This document shows positions 1-11,800 of a stretch of 64,000 nt of DNA, piece by piece. Under the pieces are notes generated by a model, which was not told the origin of the DNA, made no database searches, and saw only the letters and a list, made by a program, of their open reading frames with translations. Origin of the DNA: Rhizaria sp. SCN 62-66 (Eukaryota); assembly GCA_001724265.1 (NCBI GenBank), contig MEDY01000118.1, positions 1 through 64,000 of the forward strand. The letters run 5' to 3'. Every line of letters begins with the position of its first letter. Position 1 is the stretch's first letter. The position numbers were made by a program, and so were the translations under genes.

Positions 1-1
1 T

Positions 2-103
2 CCTGCTGCTCCGGCCGCGCCCGCGGCCCCGGCTGCCCCCGCGGCCCCCGCGGCCCCCGCGGCGCCCGCGGCGCCCGCGGCGCCCGCGGCGCCCGCGGCG
101 CCT
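2..103 (+). repeat. 9-bp coding tandem repeat (ccc gcg gcc / ccc gcg gcg) encoding (PAA)n
   Basis: About 11 consecutive PAA-encoding units are visible directly. Confidence 0.85.
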
Positions 104-259
104 GGTGCTGAGCCCGAGGCGGCCCCCGCAGCGGGTGACGCTGCTGCTGCTCCGGCTGGCCCCAGGAAGGTCAACATCCACTTCGGCACCCGTCGCCCCG
201 GCGCCGCGCCCGCCGCGCCTGCGGCTCCCGTGGCCCCTGAGGACGGACCTGCGCAGTAA
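2..259 (+). CDS. 3' end of an Ala/Pro-rich (PAA repeat) protein; partial, runs off the window start
   Basis: The frame from base 2 reads PAAPAAPAAP...RKVNIHFGTRRPG...EDGPAQ* with TAA at 257-259. GC-rich coding-like composition drops to AT-rich sequence right after the stop. Confidence 0.75.
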   Translation, partial: PAAPAAPAAPAAPAAPAAPAAPAAPAAPAAPAAPGAEPEAAPAAGDAAAAPAGPRKVNIHFGTRRPGAAPAAPAAPVAPEDGPAQ

Positions 260-1426
260 GTGCGCATTGTGAGATAGATCAAACTGCAATATGGGGTGTC
301 TTTTTCCAAGTCGTGTTGTTGCGAAGTAGTGTGATTCTGAAAACAGTGTTGTTCAAGATATGGTTCTAACGAGCAACTCTTGTTTTACATCTGTATAGCA
401 TATGAATATGATCATAGTATTTGTATGATACGATATGGTACTAGTATCGTTTCGTTTAGTTTTGTGTGTGTATCTTCTTTTTTTTTTTGTCCGAACTCTG
501 GTTAGAAATTTGTTCTGTTGACTGTTGTTACTGTATCGTGTTAAGGAAGAATGCTTCTGGCCTTTGGCGATTTCTTGTCAGTCAGTTGTGGATTCCTAAA
601 TCATTGTCTGTGCCCGTCTTATTGTGAAATGTTTTCAAATTCGAACTGTTTCGCGCTCTCTACAACGGCTGAGCGTAATGTAATGGATGTGTCTGTGCTG
701 AGCACATCATGGACGGCTATAAGGCGAGGAGTGTTGTTTTTTGAACCGTTCGGGGTCGCGTTGCATTTGATGGAGTCTATCTTGGATTGATGACAATCTG
801 CACACATGACGGAAACGAAATACATGTACAGTGTACACATCAAACATCATGTCGAGGAGGCCACTTAGCAGAATCCTGGTTTTGTATCGGTTTCGGTTGG
901 CTAAGAGATACAAAGACTTGTCGGACGGTCATAATGCCCCGTAGTATCAATTCTGTGTGTGTCTAAGAGCATTGTCGCTCATTTTCTGGACTGCATCTTG
1001 CTGTTGACCTGTCGCGATGGAGCTTTCGCTGGACACCACGAATTGAAAATCATCCAAAAAATGAATGAGCGGGCCGATCCGAGACCACGAAACATTAGTT
1101 TTTCAAACACGTTGCGATTTCTTATCGGGATAGAGTGCATTTTTTTTTACATCCGTTTAATTTTGCGATGTATCTTTCCAAATTTTTTGACACTCATATT
1201 ACTCGGTATTTACGTCTCTTCAAACATCCTGACCTCCCCTCACACCCAGTCCAAAGGTTGATACTGAGCTTTGTCGGACTCCGCGTTTTCCACTGTCAAT
1301 ATGAGCTACTTGTCCCACTTTTGTGACATGCGGCACAATGGCAACGCTGTGAAGAGCCATATAGCTGAGCTAACACGCGGGTTGAATCCTGTTGTTGCTC
1401 TTCCAAGTGACCAAACCTTCTAGGTC

Positions 1427-3628
1427 TTGCGCACCCCTATCACTAACTCGGACAGCGCTCGCGCAAGTGATAACAAGGCCGAATCTGACCACAGCCAGGA
1501 AACAGAGAGTCAACGACACATGGGCGACATTGCTGGGCACCCAGTCCTACTTCATACGCTGGGTGGCTTTGAGTCGTTGTATTATGCAGCGAGTCCGGAG
1601 GATTTTCCCTTAGCCACCACCCAGAAGAATACTGCTGCTTTGTCACTGTCGTCGCCGTCGCATCAGCAGTTATCCAAGGCTATTGTTGGAGAAAACAATG
1701 CATATGAAGTTTTACCTCACTCATTCCAATATACGAGTCGGTTGCAGTCCGTTGCATCGATCTCGCGTCGTTCGGGGTGCCCCGAGCAAGAGCTTGTTAT
1801 GGCAACGCTACTGACGAACATCACGCCCAGCATTTACATCAACACACTCAACACTAAAACAGACAACAACAACGGCAAACTAGCACACCGAAATGCCAGC
1901 GCTAACTATGGTGTCTTGTTCTTCCCCCGCTTGTTGCAGGCGACCATGAACACAAGCACGTGCTTCACAGTCAACACTTACAGCGGCCGCCAGCTGCTCC
2001 ACTTCATGATCACCACAGAACTTTTGACGCAGGCCCGCAGACGCGGCCCTGAGACGGAGAGTGAACGTGAGCAGCGGCGAATTATGCAGTCGGAGTGGTT
2101 CACTGCTGAAAGCGGTGTGCGCCTCATGCCTGTCTGTGACTGCTCATGCTCTCTCAACAATAACAATAACAACAAGGGCACAGCAATGGTTCAGAACATG
2201 CGTCAAGGTAGCGTTAGACGCAATACGGCACTGAGGATGACAGACAGTGATTGTGTTGCTGAAGGTCTTTACAATGACATCAATGACTCTATCTCTGACG
2301 CTGAAACAAACGACACCATGAACGCAAGCTCGACGGCTGCATCTGTTGCAAAAACAACTACAGAAGCAAAGTCTGAGCCGGATGACATCATCAACATCAC
2401 ACGCGTCGATGCTACGACAGAGAGCAGTAATGCTCGCTTGGGTACGAGCAACAGTCCCGTTATCAGTGATGGAAGTGCAGTCAAATTTGGAGCTTTGTCT
2501 CGCATTAGTCCTGCTGACACGATCAGCTTTGGTGTTGATGACAGTATCTTTAACTACATCTCTGACATCGACCCAGCCAGTGATGCTAACCCTGTCTGCC
2601 TTGATTACGTCCTACATAGGCCCTTTTCCCCTTTGTCTATTATGCAGCAGCTGGTTTACGCATTGGACTATTTACACAACGGACTTTTCATGGCATACCT
2701 GGATATGAAGCCGGATAACATAACTCTAGATTCCAGCACTGGTGTTGTAACTCTCAAGGACCTGACTACAGTGAGTGCAATTGCGTCAGTTTCCAGTAGT
2801 TCGACGACTGCAGGCGCTGCGAGCCCGACTTCTCCGTCTTCACCTCCAACGGCTGCCAACAATACTACGATGAAGCATACCGCTATGATTCCTTCGCACG
2901 CCACCATAATCAAACACGGGGTTGCTGCGCTGTGTGCGCTGCGCCCACCGATGCCAATGAACATTCTCACTATGGTATCTGCTAAGATGGCGGCAATGGC
3001 GCGGCCGTTTGTCAACGAGGCTACCAACAAGCTGGTTGCCAACTTGAAGTGTGTCGCCGGTGACCTAAGCTTCAAGAGCACAAAGCAAGGTAAGCAGCAA
3101 GGCGGTTTGAAGTCAGAGTCTCAATTCAACCCTGTCACAGATGTTATTGACCTCAAGTCCGGGGACAGGCGTCGTCGCAGGTCCAACTGTATCTGCGGCC
3201 GCAAAACCACTCTCGAGACTACAATTGCGATGGCGCGCGCGATTTCCAACTCGCTACCTGACCTTACGAGCCAGCGTGCTGCTGCCCCGATGCGTCAAAT
3301 CATTGGCACGGCGAAGTATATGTCACCCCAGGTCATCTTGGGCCACTTCGACCCCTTCAAGGCGGATGTGTACGCTCTCGGAATCGTCGCTTTCATTCTC
3401 ATCACCCAGTTTGCGCCATACGAATCCACCCGTAGCCCCGCGTACTCAGTGTTGAGGACACACGGCGTGCGCGCGCTTGTGACGGCGTATGGATTCGCAA
3501 TGAAGGACTGGGACTTGACGCTATTAGAGGGCATGATGGCGTTTGATGAGAGCAGCCGTTGGAGTATCAAACAAGTTTTGGCACATCTCGAGACGTATTC
3601 CCTGGATAGCGGTGACAGCAGCAAGTGA
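1427..3628 (+). CDS. Divergent Ser/Thr protein kinase-like protein (possible pseudokinase); start uncertain (first in-ORF ATG 1520, or ATG 1301 across the TAG at 1421)
   Basis: 733-codon ORF with kinase C-lobe motifs: QQLVYALDYLH, YLDMKPDN (catalytic loop), IIGTAKYMSPQ, KADVYALG, LLEGMMAFDESSRW. The DFG position reads DLT. No clear Gly-rich loop or VAIK motif. Confidence 0.8.
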   Translation: MRTPITNSDSARASDNKAESDHSQETESQRHMGDIAGHPVLLHTLGGFESLYYAASPEDFPLATTQKNTAALSLSSPSHQQLSKAIVGENNAYEVLPHSFQYTSRLQSVASISRRSGCPEQELVMATLLTNITPSIYINTLNTKTDNNNGKLAHRNASANYGVLFFPRLLQATMNTSTCFTVNTYSGRQLLHFMITTELLTQARRRGPETESEREQRRIMQSEWFTAESGVRLMPVCDCSCSLNNNNNNKGTAMVQNMRQGSVRRNTALRMTDSDCVAEGLYNDINDSISDAETNDTMNASSTAASVAKTTTEAKSEPDDIINITRVDATTESSNARLGTSNSPVISDGSAVKFGALSRISPADTISFGVDDSIFNYISDIDPASDANPVCLDYVLHRPFSPLSIMQQLVYALDYLHNGLFMAYLDMKPDNITLDSSTGVVTLKDLTTVSAIASVSSSSTTAGAASPTSPSSPPTAANNTTMKHTAMIPSHATIIKHGVAALCALRPPMPMNILTMVSAKMAAMARPFVNEATNKLVANLKCVAGDLSFKSTKQGKQQGGLKSESQFNPVTDVIDLKSGDRRRRRSNCICGRKTTLETTIAMARAISNSLPDLTSQRAAAPMRQIIGTAKYMSPQVILGHFDPFKADVYALGIVAFILITQFAPYESTRSPAYSVLRTHGVRALVTAYGFAMKDWDLTLLEGMMAFDESSRWSIKQVLAHLETYSLDSGDSSK

Positions 3629-4461
3629 TGTGGTGACAGGTATTCCGACTGCCGGCTTGCATTCGAGCAAGCTGCGTGTTGCTTTACACTGCGACATATG
3701 GAGCGATATCATTTTTTTGTAAGATGTAACTCAAGGTGAGTGAACAAATGACTGTGTACAACCGCACATCTGCCCAGTGGAGGTCGTGGTTACTGCAGCA
3801 ATCAGTGTCAACTTGAATTGAAGTTCTGAAGTGAATGTACCCGTATTGTTTTTACTCAGACAACTTCAACTACAATTCGATATAACTTAATGTGTATCAC
3901 AACTTTATTAATCAACCGTTTTTACTACTATTGACTTCAGAGTGGTTTTAGCTCTAAACCTAATTGCAAGTGATAATAACTTTTCTTACACTTCCGTGAT
4001 CAAATCAAATGTTCCTACTAGTACAAGGAACATGCACAATAAACAACCCAGAACTAAGCCATATTTTATGAATGCCACGAAATATATCATACATGTATCT
4101 CGAAACAATTTTTTCTTTAGATGCGAAATCCTTTGAGTTTGGGCATCATGTGAAGTTGTGAAGTGAAGTTGTTATCCATGTATTTTTTCTTATACATGTA
4201 TCATCATAACGCTAGAAGATAGCGTCAAAGATAGAATAACTTGATCATATTGAATTAACTTGAGAAAGAGAGAACACACTAAAAAGACCTACAGTCCTAG
4301 CACGTAATTACCATGAGAACGTAGCAGAAAAAACAAACACATTCATAAGAGTATCTAACCGCAGCACAGCAAGCAGCTTCTCGCTTCTTGCGTCAGCGAG
4401 ACACAGAAGCTAACTCACCCACTCGCACGTGCACGCACGGACAAGTAAGGCGCGTAGGCGC

Positions 4462-7401
4462 TTACTTGCGGCGGCTGGGGGGCACGTAGGAGCCCTTGGT
4501 GCCGGTGGCGATAGGCGCCGAGGCGAGGGCCTCGCGGCGCTCCTCCTCCTCGCGCTCCTCGCGGCGCCGGTTCGCCTCCTCCTCGGCGGCGGCCTGCGCA
4601 GCGCGGCGTTCCTCCTCGCGAGCGGCCTTCGCGGCACGCTCGGCGGCCACGGCGGCCTCGTACTCCGCCTTCTTGGCGGCGTACTCCTCCTGCGCGGCCA
4701 CGAGGGCCGTCTTGCGCGCGGCCAGCACGTGCTGCGTGAAGAGCGCGCGCTGCGCCTCGGCGCGCGCCAGACGGACCTTCTCGGCCACGTTACGCACCCA
4801 GTCCGCCTTGTGGTCCGCGGTGAACTTGGCCAGCGCGGCCTCGTACTCAGCCTTGGCGGTCGCCTCGGCCTCGGACTGAGACGCGCGCAGGATGTCGGCG
4901 TCCTGTAAAGAGCAAAATAGCGAGTTGAGGTGTGAGCAAACTGAATCAAAAATAAATTCAGGAGAGATAATCAATGGGTTAGCGATGATAGTGACATATG
5001 CGATATCGTGCAAAGGTGTGGACATACCTGAAGGCGGACGGCGCGCTGGAAGTAATCGAGCTGCTTGCGCTCCTCGAGGAGGCGGCGCTCGCGCTCCTGC
5101 TTCTGCTGCAGCTGCAGCTTGCGGCTGGCCTCGATGAGCTCCTCCTGCTTGACCGAGTCGAGGTTCTGAGCCATGTTGGCGACGCGCTTGGCGGCCTTGA
5201 AGTCCTGCATCTGGCTCGGGAGGTCGGCCATGGTCTTGGCGATGGTCTCGGCAACCATCTTCTTGCGTGCGTTCTCGCGCTCTTCCTGCTCGCGGCGGCG
5301 CTCCTCGCTGGCGATCTCGCGCTCCTTGGCCTCCTGGCGCTCGCGCTCGGCCGCCTCGCGGCTCGCGCGGTCGGCGATGGCCTTGGCCTGGCGCTCCGCC
5401 TCCTTGACCTCGGCCTCGATGCGCTCGCGGTCGCGGCGCTGGATCAGCGCAGCGCGGCGCTGCTCGATGATCTCCTGCTCGCCCGCGGCGCCCGTGCGAA
5501 TGTGGGCAAAGACGCTCTTGCGCTCGTCCTCGCGGATCGCGGCCAGCTCGGCGGCGGGCGTGATGCGCTCGGTGACGCGCGACAGCGCCGAAGCCAGCGT
5601 GGCGAGCTGCTGGGTCATGTCGGGCGCGTCGAACGAGTCGGCGAAGAAGTAGATGACCTTGTCGCGGTGGTCGATGCGGATCTGCAGCGCCGTCGCGGCC
5701 GAAAGCGCGGCGAGCGACGCGGCCGAAATAGACGACGCCGCCGCCGTCGAGGTCGTCGAGACCAGGGACAGGATGAGGCGCTCGGCGGCCGCCCAGTCGT
5801 AAGTCTCAGGCAGCAGCGACATGAGGTGGTCGACCGTCACGACGGTGTACATGGTGCTGAGGCGCTGGAGCACGCGCACGGCGACAAGCTCGCGCAGCGC
5901 AGGGACGTAGATGGACAGCAGCGGGTCCGCCTCGAGCGCTGCCAGCAGCGGCGTGCACTTGGCGCGCAGACGCAGCGGGCTCGAGGGCTTTTCCAGCAGG
6001 TCGTACAGCGTGCGGATGTTGGCCGGGATGTGGTTCAGGATGCTCTCGTCAGCGATGCGGGAGAATAGCAGGGCGCGCGACGCCTGGGTGTCGGCCTGTG
6101 TGAGGAGCACAAGCAGATAAAAAAAGAATATAGAGAGAGAATATAGAGAGCGTATATGTGAGTGGACTAATATAGAATCACAGATTTAAGTTGGTTTCAG
6201 CCAAGTCGATTGAAAAATTTAAATAAAGGAGGTATATATTTTGAGAGCGAGCACGTACCTGGAAGCCGAGGAGGGGCGCGATGGAGCTCTGATCGCCGGA
6301 GACGAAGGTGAGGCCGGCGTCAGCCGAGGCGGCCGCGCCGGTCGCCGCGGTGGGGTCCGTGACGAGTGCGGAGAGCACGATGGCGGAGAGGCGCACGGTC
6401 GAGGTCGTGGTGAGCATCGAGGGCGCGGCGTCGGCGGCGGTGGCGGGGACGGCCTCGGGCGCCTCCTGGGCCAGCTTGGCGAGCTTGATGAGCGCGAACG
6501 AGTGGTAGAGCGTGTTCTTGCTCTGCCAAAAGAAGGCCGCAAGCTTCTCGTAGATCTGCAGCAGGGTCGACGCCGCGGGGCTGTGGGCCGCGAGCGAGGC
6601 CGCGCCGCCGGAGAGGCGCAGCGACAGCGTGAGCGTGGCGTGGATGTCCTCGATGCAGCTATACGTCTCGTGCCACATCTCGAGCGCAGAAGCCGTCGAA
6701 AGCTGCGCGAGGCGTGTCGAGAGCAGGCGGGCCTGGAGCTCGGCGGACTCGGCCTCGTTGCCAGCCGCGGGGGCCGGGAGAGAGTCAACGTGCTCGCGCA
6801 CCCAGCCGACGAAGCGGCGGAAGTCGCCCGTGCGCTTGTACTGCAGGCAAAGGGAGAACACAGTGCGGACAACGTCATGGTACAGGCCCTGAAGCTTAAG
6901 GTTGCCGCGGAGCGTGTCGAGCACGGTGCGGTAGGCGTCCCAGAGGAAACGCACAGCGGGGTTGTGGCGCTGGCGGTTCGCGCGGTCCTTGGTCTCCTCG
7001 ACGCGCGTGAAGGCGTACTGCGAGATGGCCTCAGGGGTGTCGTCCTCGTAGTCGTCGTCCTGCTCGCGCGCGTCGGCGAGGCCAGAGCCGACGCCCTTCT
7101 CGGCCAGCGCGGTGAGGTGGTTGAGCACCTTGACGAGCGAGCTCATGTTTGCCACCTGCGTCACGGTGCGGAACTGGGCCAGCACGTGGCGCATGTCGTA
7201 CGCGCGCCAGCGGAGACGCGCGGCGAGCTCAACGAAGAGCATCACCATGTCCTCGAGGGTCTGAGACCAGACCTTGATGAAACGCTTCTGGCCGAGCACG
7301 TTCTGGAGAACCTCAATCGCGTCGTGAGGCTTGCCCACCTTGTCAAGGTCGCGCGCCTTAGGCAGAGCCATCTCGATGCGGTTCTGGTTGTAGTACGCCA
7401 T
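4462..7401 (-). CDS. EIF3A: Eukaryotic translation initiation factor 3 subunit A; exons 7401-6259, 6095-5028, 4902-4462 (883 aa)
   Basis: Motifs VRFLWDAYRTVLDTLRGNLKLQGLYH, FSLCLQYKRTGDFRR and TRLAQLSTASALEMWHETYSCIEDIH; PCI-like region; charged coiled coil with LDYFQRAVR; C-terminal YVPPSRR. Two GT-AG introns keep the frame. Confidence 0.93.
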
Positions 7402-7964
7402 CTGTTGGATATAACATAGTAATTAAAAGTAGCATAATGATTAAGTTGTGAGCGGTATGTGCAAGGGATTCGGGCCGAGGTCGAATGAGTCACAAAAGGG
7501 ACGAGCAGTGAGGTGGGGAAAGTAGGTTCGGTCTCTGCGGTCCAAGGATACCCGGGAATGAGGATTGAAGTAGACAGCCGTATATAAGCACTTGACCAGA
7601 GTCCATACAACGGGCAACATCAACAGATGGATTATAGACCAACGGGTGTAGCGATAGGGGTATAAATCACACGGCTAGGTCGCTCTTTGCGGCGATCTCC
7701 GGTCAAACCCGCCAAAAGTAATTATTGATTTTTTCAGTCCACCGTATTCGCTGGCTGGCTCGCCAGAAGACCCAAGAAGAGTCGGCCCTTCAAGAATTTG
7801 CGGGACGTTGCGGGCTCACTGCTATCCGTCATTAGAGCGCAGCGCACCTGCAACGACTATCTAACTTTAGTGTAATCTTGCCCCCTTCAACAATTTTTGT
7901 TCCATAACTCATCTTTCCATCCTTTGTGCTTCCCCCGTATCCACTCTCAGACTCGCTTCCCTGT

Positions 7965-8460
7965 ATGGACGTCAACTCCAAGAAGGTCGATGTGGTACGT
8001 CATCAATCTCTGATCCCCTCAAACACGCATTTACTCTTAACAAATTAATTTAGATGCGTTATCTCCATCTGATGCACTCATGGCTATCAATGGTCGCTCG
8101 CTGTATTCGCGCCTCACCGTGTCCACACTCTGTCTTTGCTTGCTGCTCTCCCTACAGCTCGCTAACGGCGACCACACTCAGGCGACTGTCCGCCTCTTCA
8201 ACGAGTCCCACACTACGGGCAACGCGATCCGCCACATGGTTGCCCGCAACCCTGACACCGCGTTCGTTGGTTATTCGATGCCCCACCCCGGCGAGCCCTA
8301 CCTCAACCTGCGCATCCAGTCCACTGGCGCGCCGGTCGAGGGCATCCTCAAGACCGCGCTGGGCAACCTCGGCGACATCTGCGACGCCATCAGTGAAGAG
8401 TTTGAGAGCGAGATGGCCAAGTTTGATGGTAATGGCAAGAAGGCCATGACCGACGCGTGA
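7965..8460 (+). CDS. POLR1D: RNA polymerase I/III shared subunit AC19 (Rpb11/RpoL family); exons 7965-7994, 8158-8460 (110 aa)
   Basis: ATVRLFNESHTTGNAIRHMVARNPDTAFVGYSMPHP...LNLRIQS matches the Rpb11/AC19 signature; the GYSxPHP and NLRIQ motifs favour AC19. Phase-0 GTACGT...CAG intron. Confidence 0.88.
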
Positions 8461-8871
8461 ATGAAAAAATAACTTTCTACCTTTAAATTCTGCGGAGAAC
8501 AACGAAAGAAGCTCCTTAGTAAATCAATATGCACTCAAATATGGCCTCATATTATAAGGCCCGTGTGGCTTTATTATAATACACCATTTCTATTGCATCT
8601 TATGACTGTCTTTATGACTAAATTGCTTGCCGAGAGAACTTCGCCACAAGCGGTATGGCAAGCAGACAGCTCGCGACTGTGGGCCGAGCGGATGCCATTG
8701 TCAGAGGAGTGAACCCGCTTTTTGAATCACAAATATCGCAGTCTACAGTCGAGTTAATGGAGCTGTATTGACGTATTGGGATTTAAAGTTGAATACTACA
8801 TATTATAAATTGCAATCTGACTTGACGACTTTGTTTATTTCCGATTAATCGCGTTTGATGCAGAGGCGAAC

Positions 8872-11800
8872 ATGCTTCCTTTGAACGTTCAAAGGCTGCT
8901 TCTAGTCTTTGCCGTTTTGGTCACATTCTGCTTTGCAGAGGTCACGTATGTCTGGATGTGTTCTACTGACTTTGACGGTCATACGAATCCCACGGCATGC
9001 GTGACCTCTTGCTTGTGCACAACTGGCAGGACGGTCGTCAATAGTGGTGCGTCGTTCTGCTATGCTCTTGAGAACGGCAACTACACGAACGCCCTTCTTA
9101 ACAGTTGTAACGGAGAGGACCGTCCAGATACTGTATTGTGCGACCCTGTTGCTGGTTCTTGCGACTGGTCGTGCCGGCCAGAGGGTTCCACTGGCAACTG
9201 GGGCACGTGCAATGATGACACAGCCTACACAACTTGCTCATGCTCGAGCGTTGAAGAAGTTCGTCTGACATCGTCGTCGTGCCGAATCGCCATCAACGAC
9301 ACTGTCCAAGAGGTTGCGAGCACCTACTGTCTTGCTACTCAGCCCGACTCCTCCAAGGCGTGCCCTTTGTGCTCCGCGCAGTGGCTTTGCTCCACCAGTT
9401 CGACCGACGGGAGGAACCCCGCTGTGTGTGCCGGCGAAACCTGCAACTGCGAGACCGGCGTGGTCTCCTACACCAACGGCGGTATATTCTGCTACGAGAA
9501 CGGCATCCAGGTTGCCAATGTTACCAAGTGCGCCGGCGTAACCAAGCCCGGTGCGTCGCTCGGCTGCACAGCAAACAAATGCCCCAAGCTGTGCCAGAAC
9601 CAGTTCGACGACACTCTGGCAACGACCTGCGACTCCACCGTCGACGACCTGTTCGGCGTCTGCAACGCCGCCAATTCCTGCGGTTCCGGCACCGCCGCGG
9701 CGACCGTCGTGTGCATCGACGGCAACGGCGTCATTCGCAACGCGGCGCACGCTGCGTGCACCAACACCCCGGCCCCGCCCCCGTCGAGCACCTCGCGCGC
9801 CTGCACCGACTACACCGGCTGCGGCACCTGGGAGTGCCAGGCTCAGAGCGGCGGCTACGTTGCGCCCGCGCTCCCCACCGCTGTCTCCGCCCGCGGCTCC
9901 GCCAGTGCAGCTAGCGCGGCTCCCATTGCCGTGTCGCTGGCGGCCGCGTCAGAACCGGCCGCGTGCGTGTTGACCTGCACGGTCGGCTGCGGCACGGGCC
10001 GCGAGGTTTTCACCAACGGCGTTCCTGTGTGCGTGTTCCGTACCCCCGGCTCGTCGTCCACGTGGGAAGTCAAGACGGGCGTCAACGAGACCGCCTTCTG
10101 CCCCACGGCTAACCCGGCCTCGGTCAAGCCCAAGGCGGGCTCCATTTGCGTTGAGTACGAAGACTGCGAGATCCGCTGCCGCCCACCCAGCGAGCTCTAT
10201 GACAGCTACGACGGCTCGTACATCGCGGCGGCGGACCCGTTCCTGGGCGCCTCGACCGAGGGTCTCGTCGCGGACGGAGACCTCGCCGCCAGCTCTACGG
10301 CCGTGACCGCCGTGGCCGCCGCCGCCGTCGAGGGCGTCTACGAGTGCATTGAGTCCGACTCGCGCATTTGGTCTTCGTGTGTGTCGTTCGACATGTGCGG
10401 CGCGGGCACTCAGGACACCGAGTTCGTGTGCTTCGACAAGCGGTCTGGCGCCCTGGCCACCAACGCCACCGCGTGCGAGGACGCCGCGCTCGCGCAGCCG
10501 ATCGAATCATCACAGTCCTGTATTACCTACACCGGCTGTGGCGAGTGGCTCTGCGCGTCGACAGCTGCTGGCACTGGGGCCGGTGGGGCGGCGGTGTCCG
10601 TGTTTGAGAAGTGCAAGAAGGACTGCCCCGTCGGCTGCGGTGAGGCCACCGAGGTCTTCACCAACGGCGAGCCGGCATGCGTGCGCAACGGCACGGCCGT
10701 CGACCTCCTCGACATCGGGGAAGTGTGTCCTACGGCCAACACGGCCCGGCCCAAGCCGGAGCTGGTGACGTGCACCGACCTCAAGTCGTGCGCGTTCCGC
10801 TGCCTGAAGCCCAACGCGACAGACTCGACGACCGCGGCGTCAGGCGCCATGCCGACCAGCTGCAGCGACGACGCGGCCTGGTCGACCTGTGACGCCACGG
10901 CGCAGTGTGGCGCCGGCAGCTCTTCCACGATCCCCGTGTGCTACGACGAGAAGGCGCTGACGTCGCGGCCGACCCAGCAGTGCAGCACGCTCACCCCGCT
11001 GAGCGAAACCAAACGCGAGTGCACCACCTTTACCGGCTGCGGCTCCTGGCGCTGTCTCACGGGCTCCTCCGCTGCGGGCGACGTGTACAGCGAGTGCGTG
11101 GCCTCCTGCCCTCAGGGCTGCGGCTCCAGCTCCGAGGTGTTCAACGGCAACGTCACCTGCGTGCAAGGCTCCGACACCACGTCCTGGGCGCCCGTTGACA
11201 GCGCCATGTGCCCGCCAGATAACCTCGATCGGCAGCGTCCGTCGGAGCAGCCCTGCTCTGCGACATCGACGTGCCAGTGGCAGTGCCAGCTGCTCGACGA
11301 GTCCGGGCTCCCGCGCTCCGACACGATGGCCAACTGCACGGACGCCATGTGGTCCAGCTGCTCCGTCACCTGCGGCTTCGGCGTGCAGCAGCGCTCAACG
11401 GGATGCTACGCGCCGCCGTCGCAGGGCATCAGCGACTGGGAGAGCATGGGCGACGACTTCTGCGAGGGCGCCGGCACGCGGCCGCTGACGGAGGAGTCGT
11501 GCGAGGCCTACGCCGGCTGTCTGTTCAAGTGGCAGTGCGCCGTCAAGGGCACGACCAACTACCAGTCGTGCGATGTGACATCAGCAACGTTCGGTTCATG
11601 TGATTCGTCATGCGGCACTGTGATCCAGACGCGAGATGTCGTGTGCATGGACAACGAGAACAACGTCCGCGACTCGTCCTTCTGCACCACAACGAAGCCC
11701 GTCGAGACGCAAGAGTGTACGGGCAGCGGCTGCACCTACCAGTGGGGGTGCTTCCTGACTTCGCCCACGCCCGGGTCCTGCTCGGGCACCAACGCCGTGT

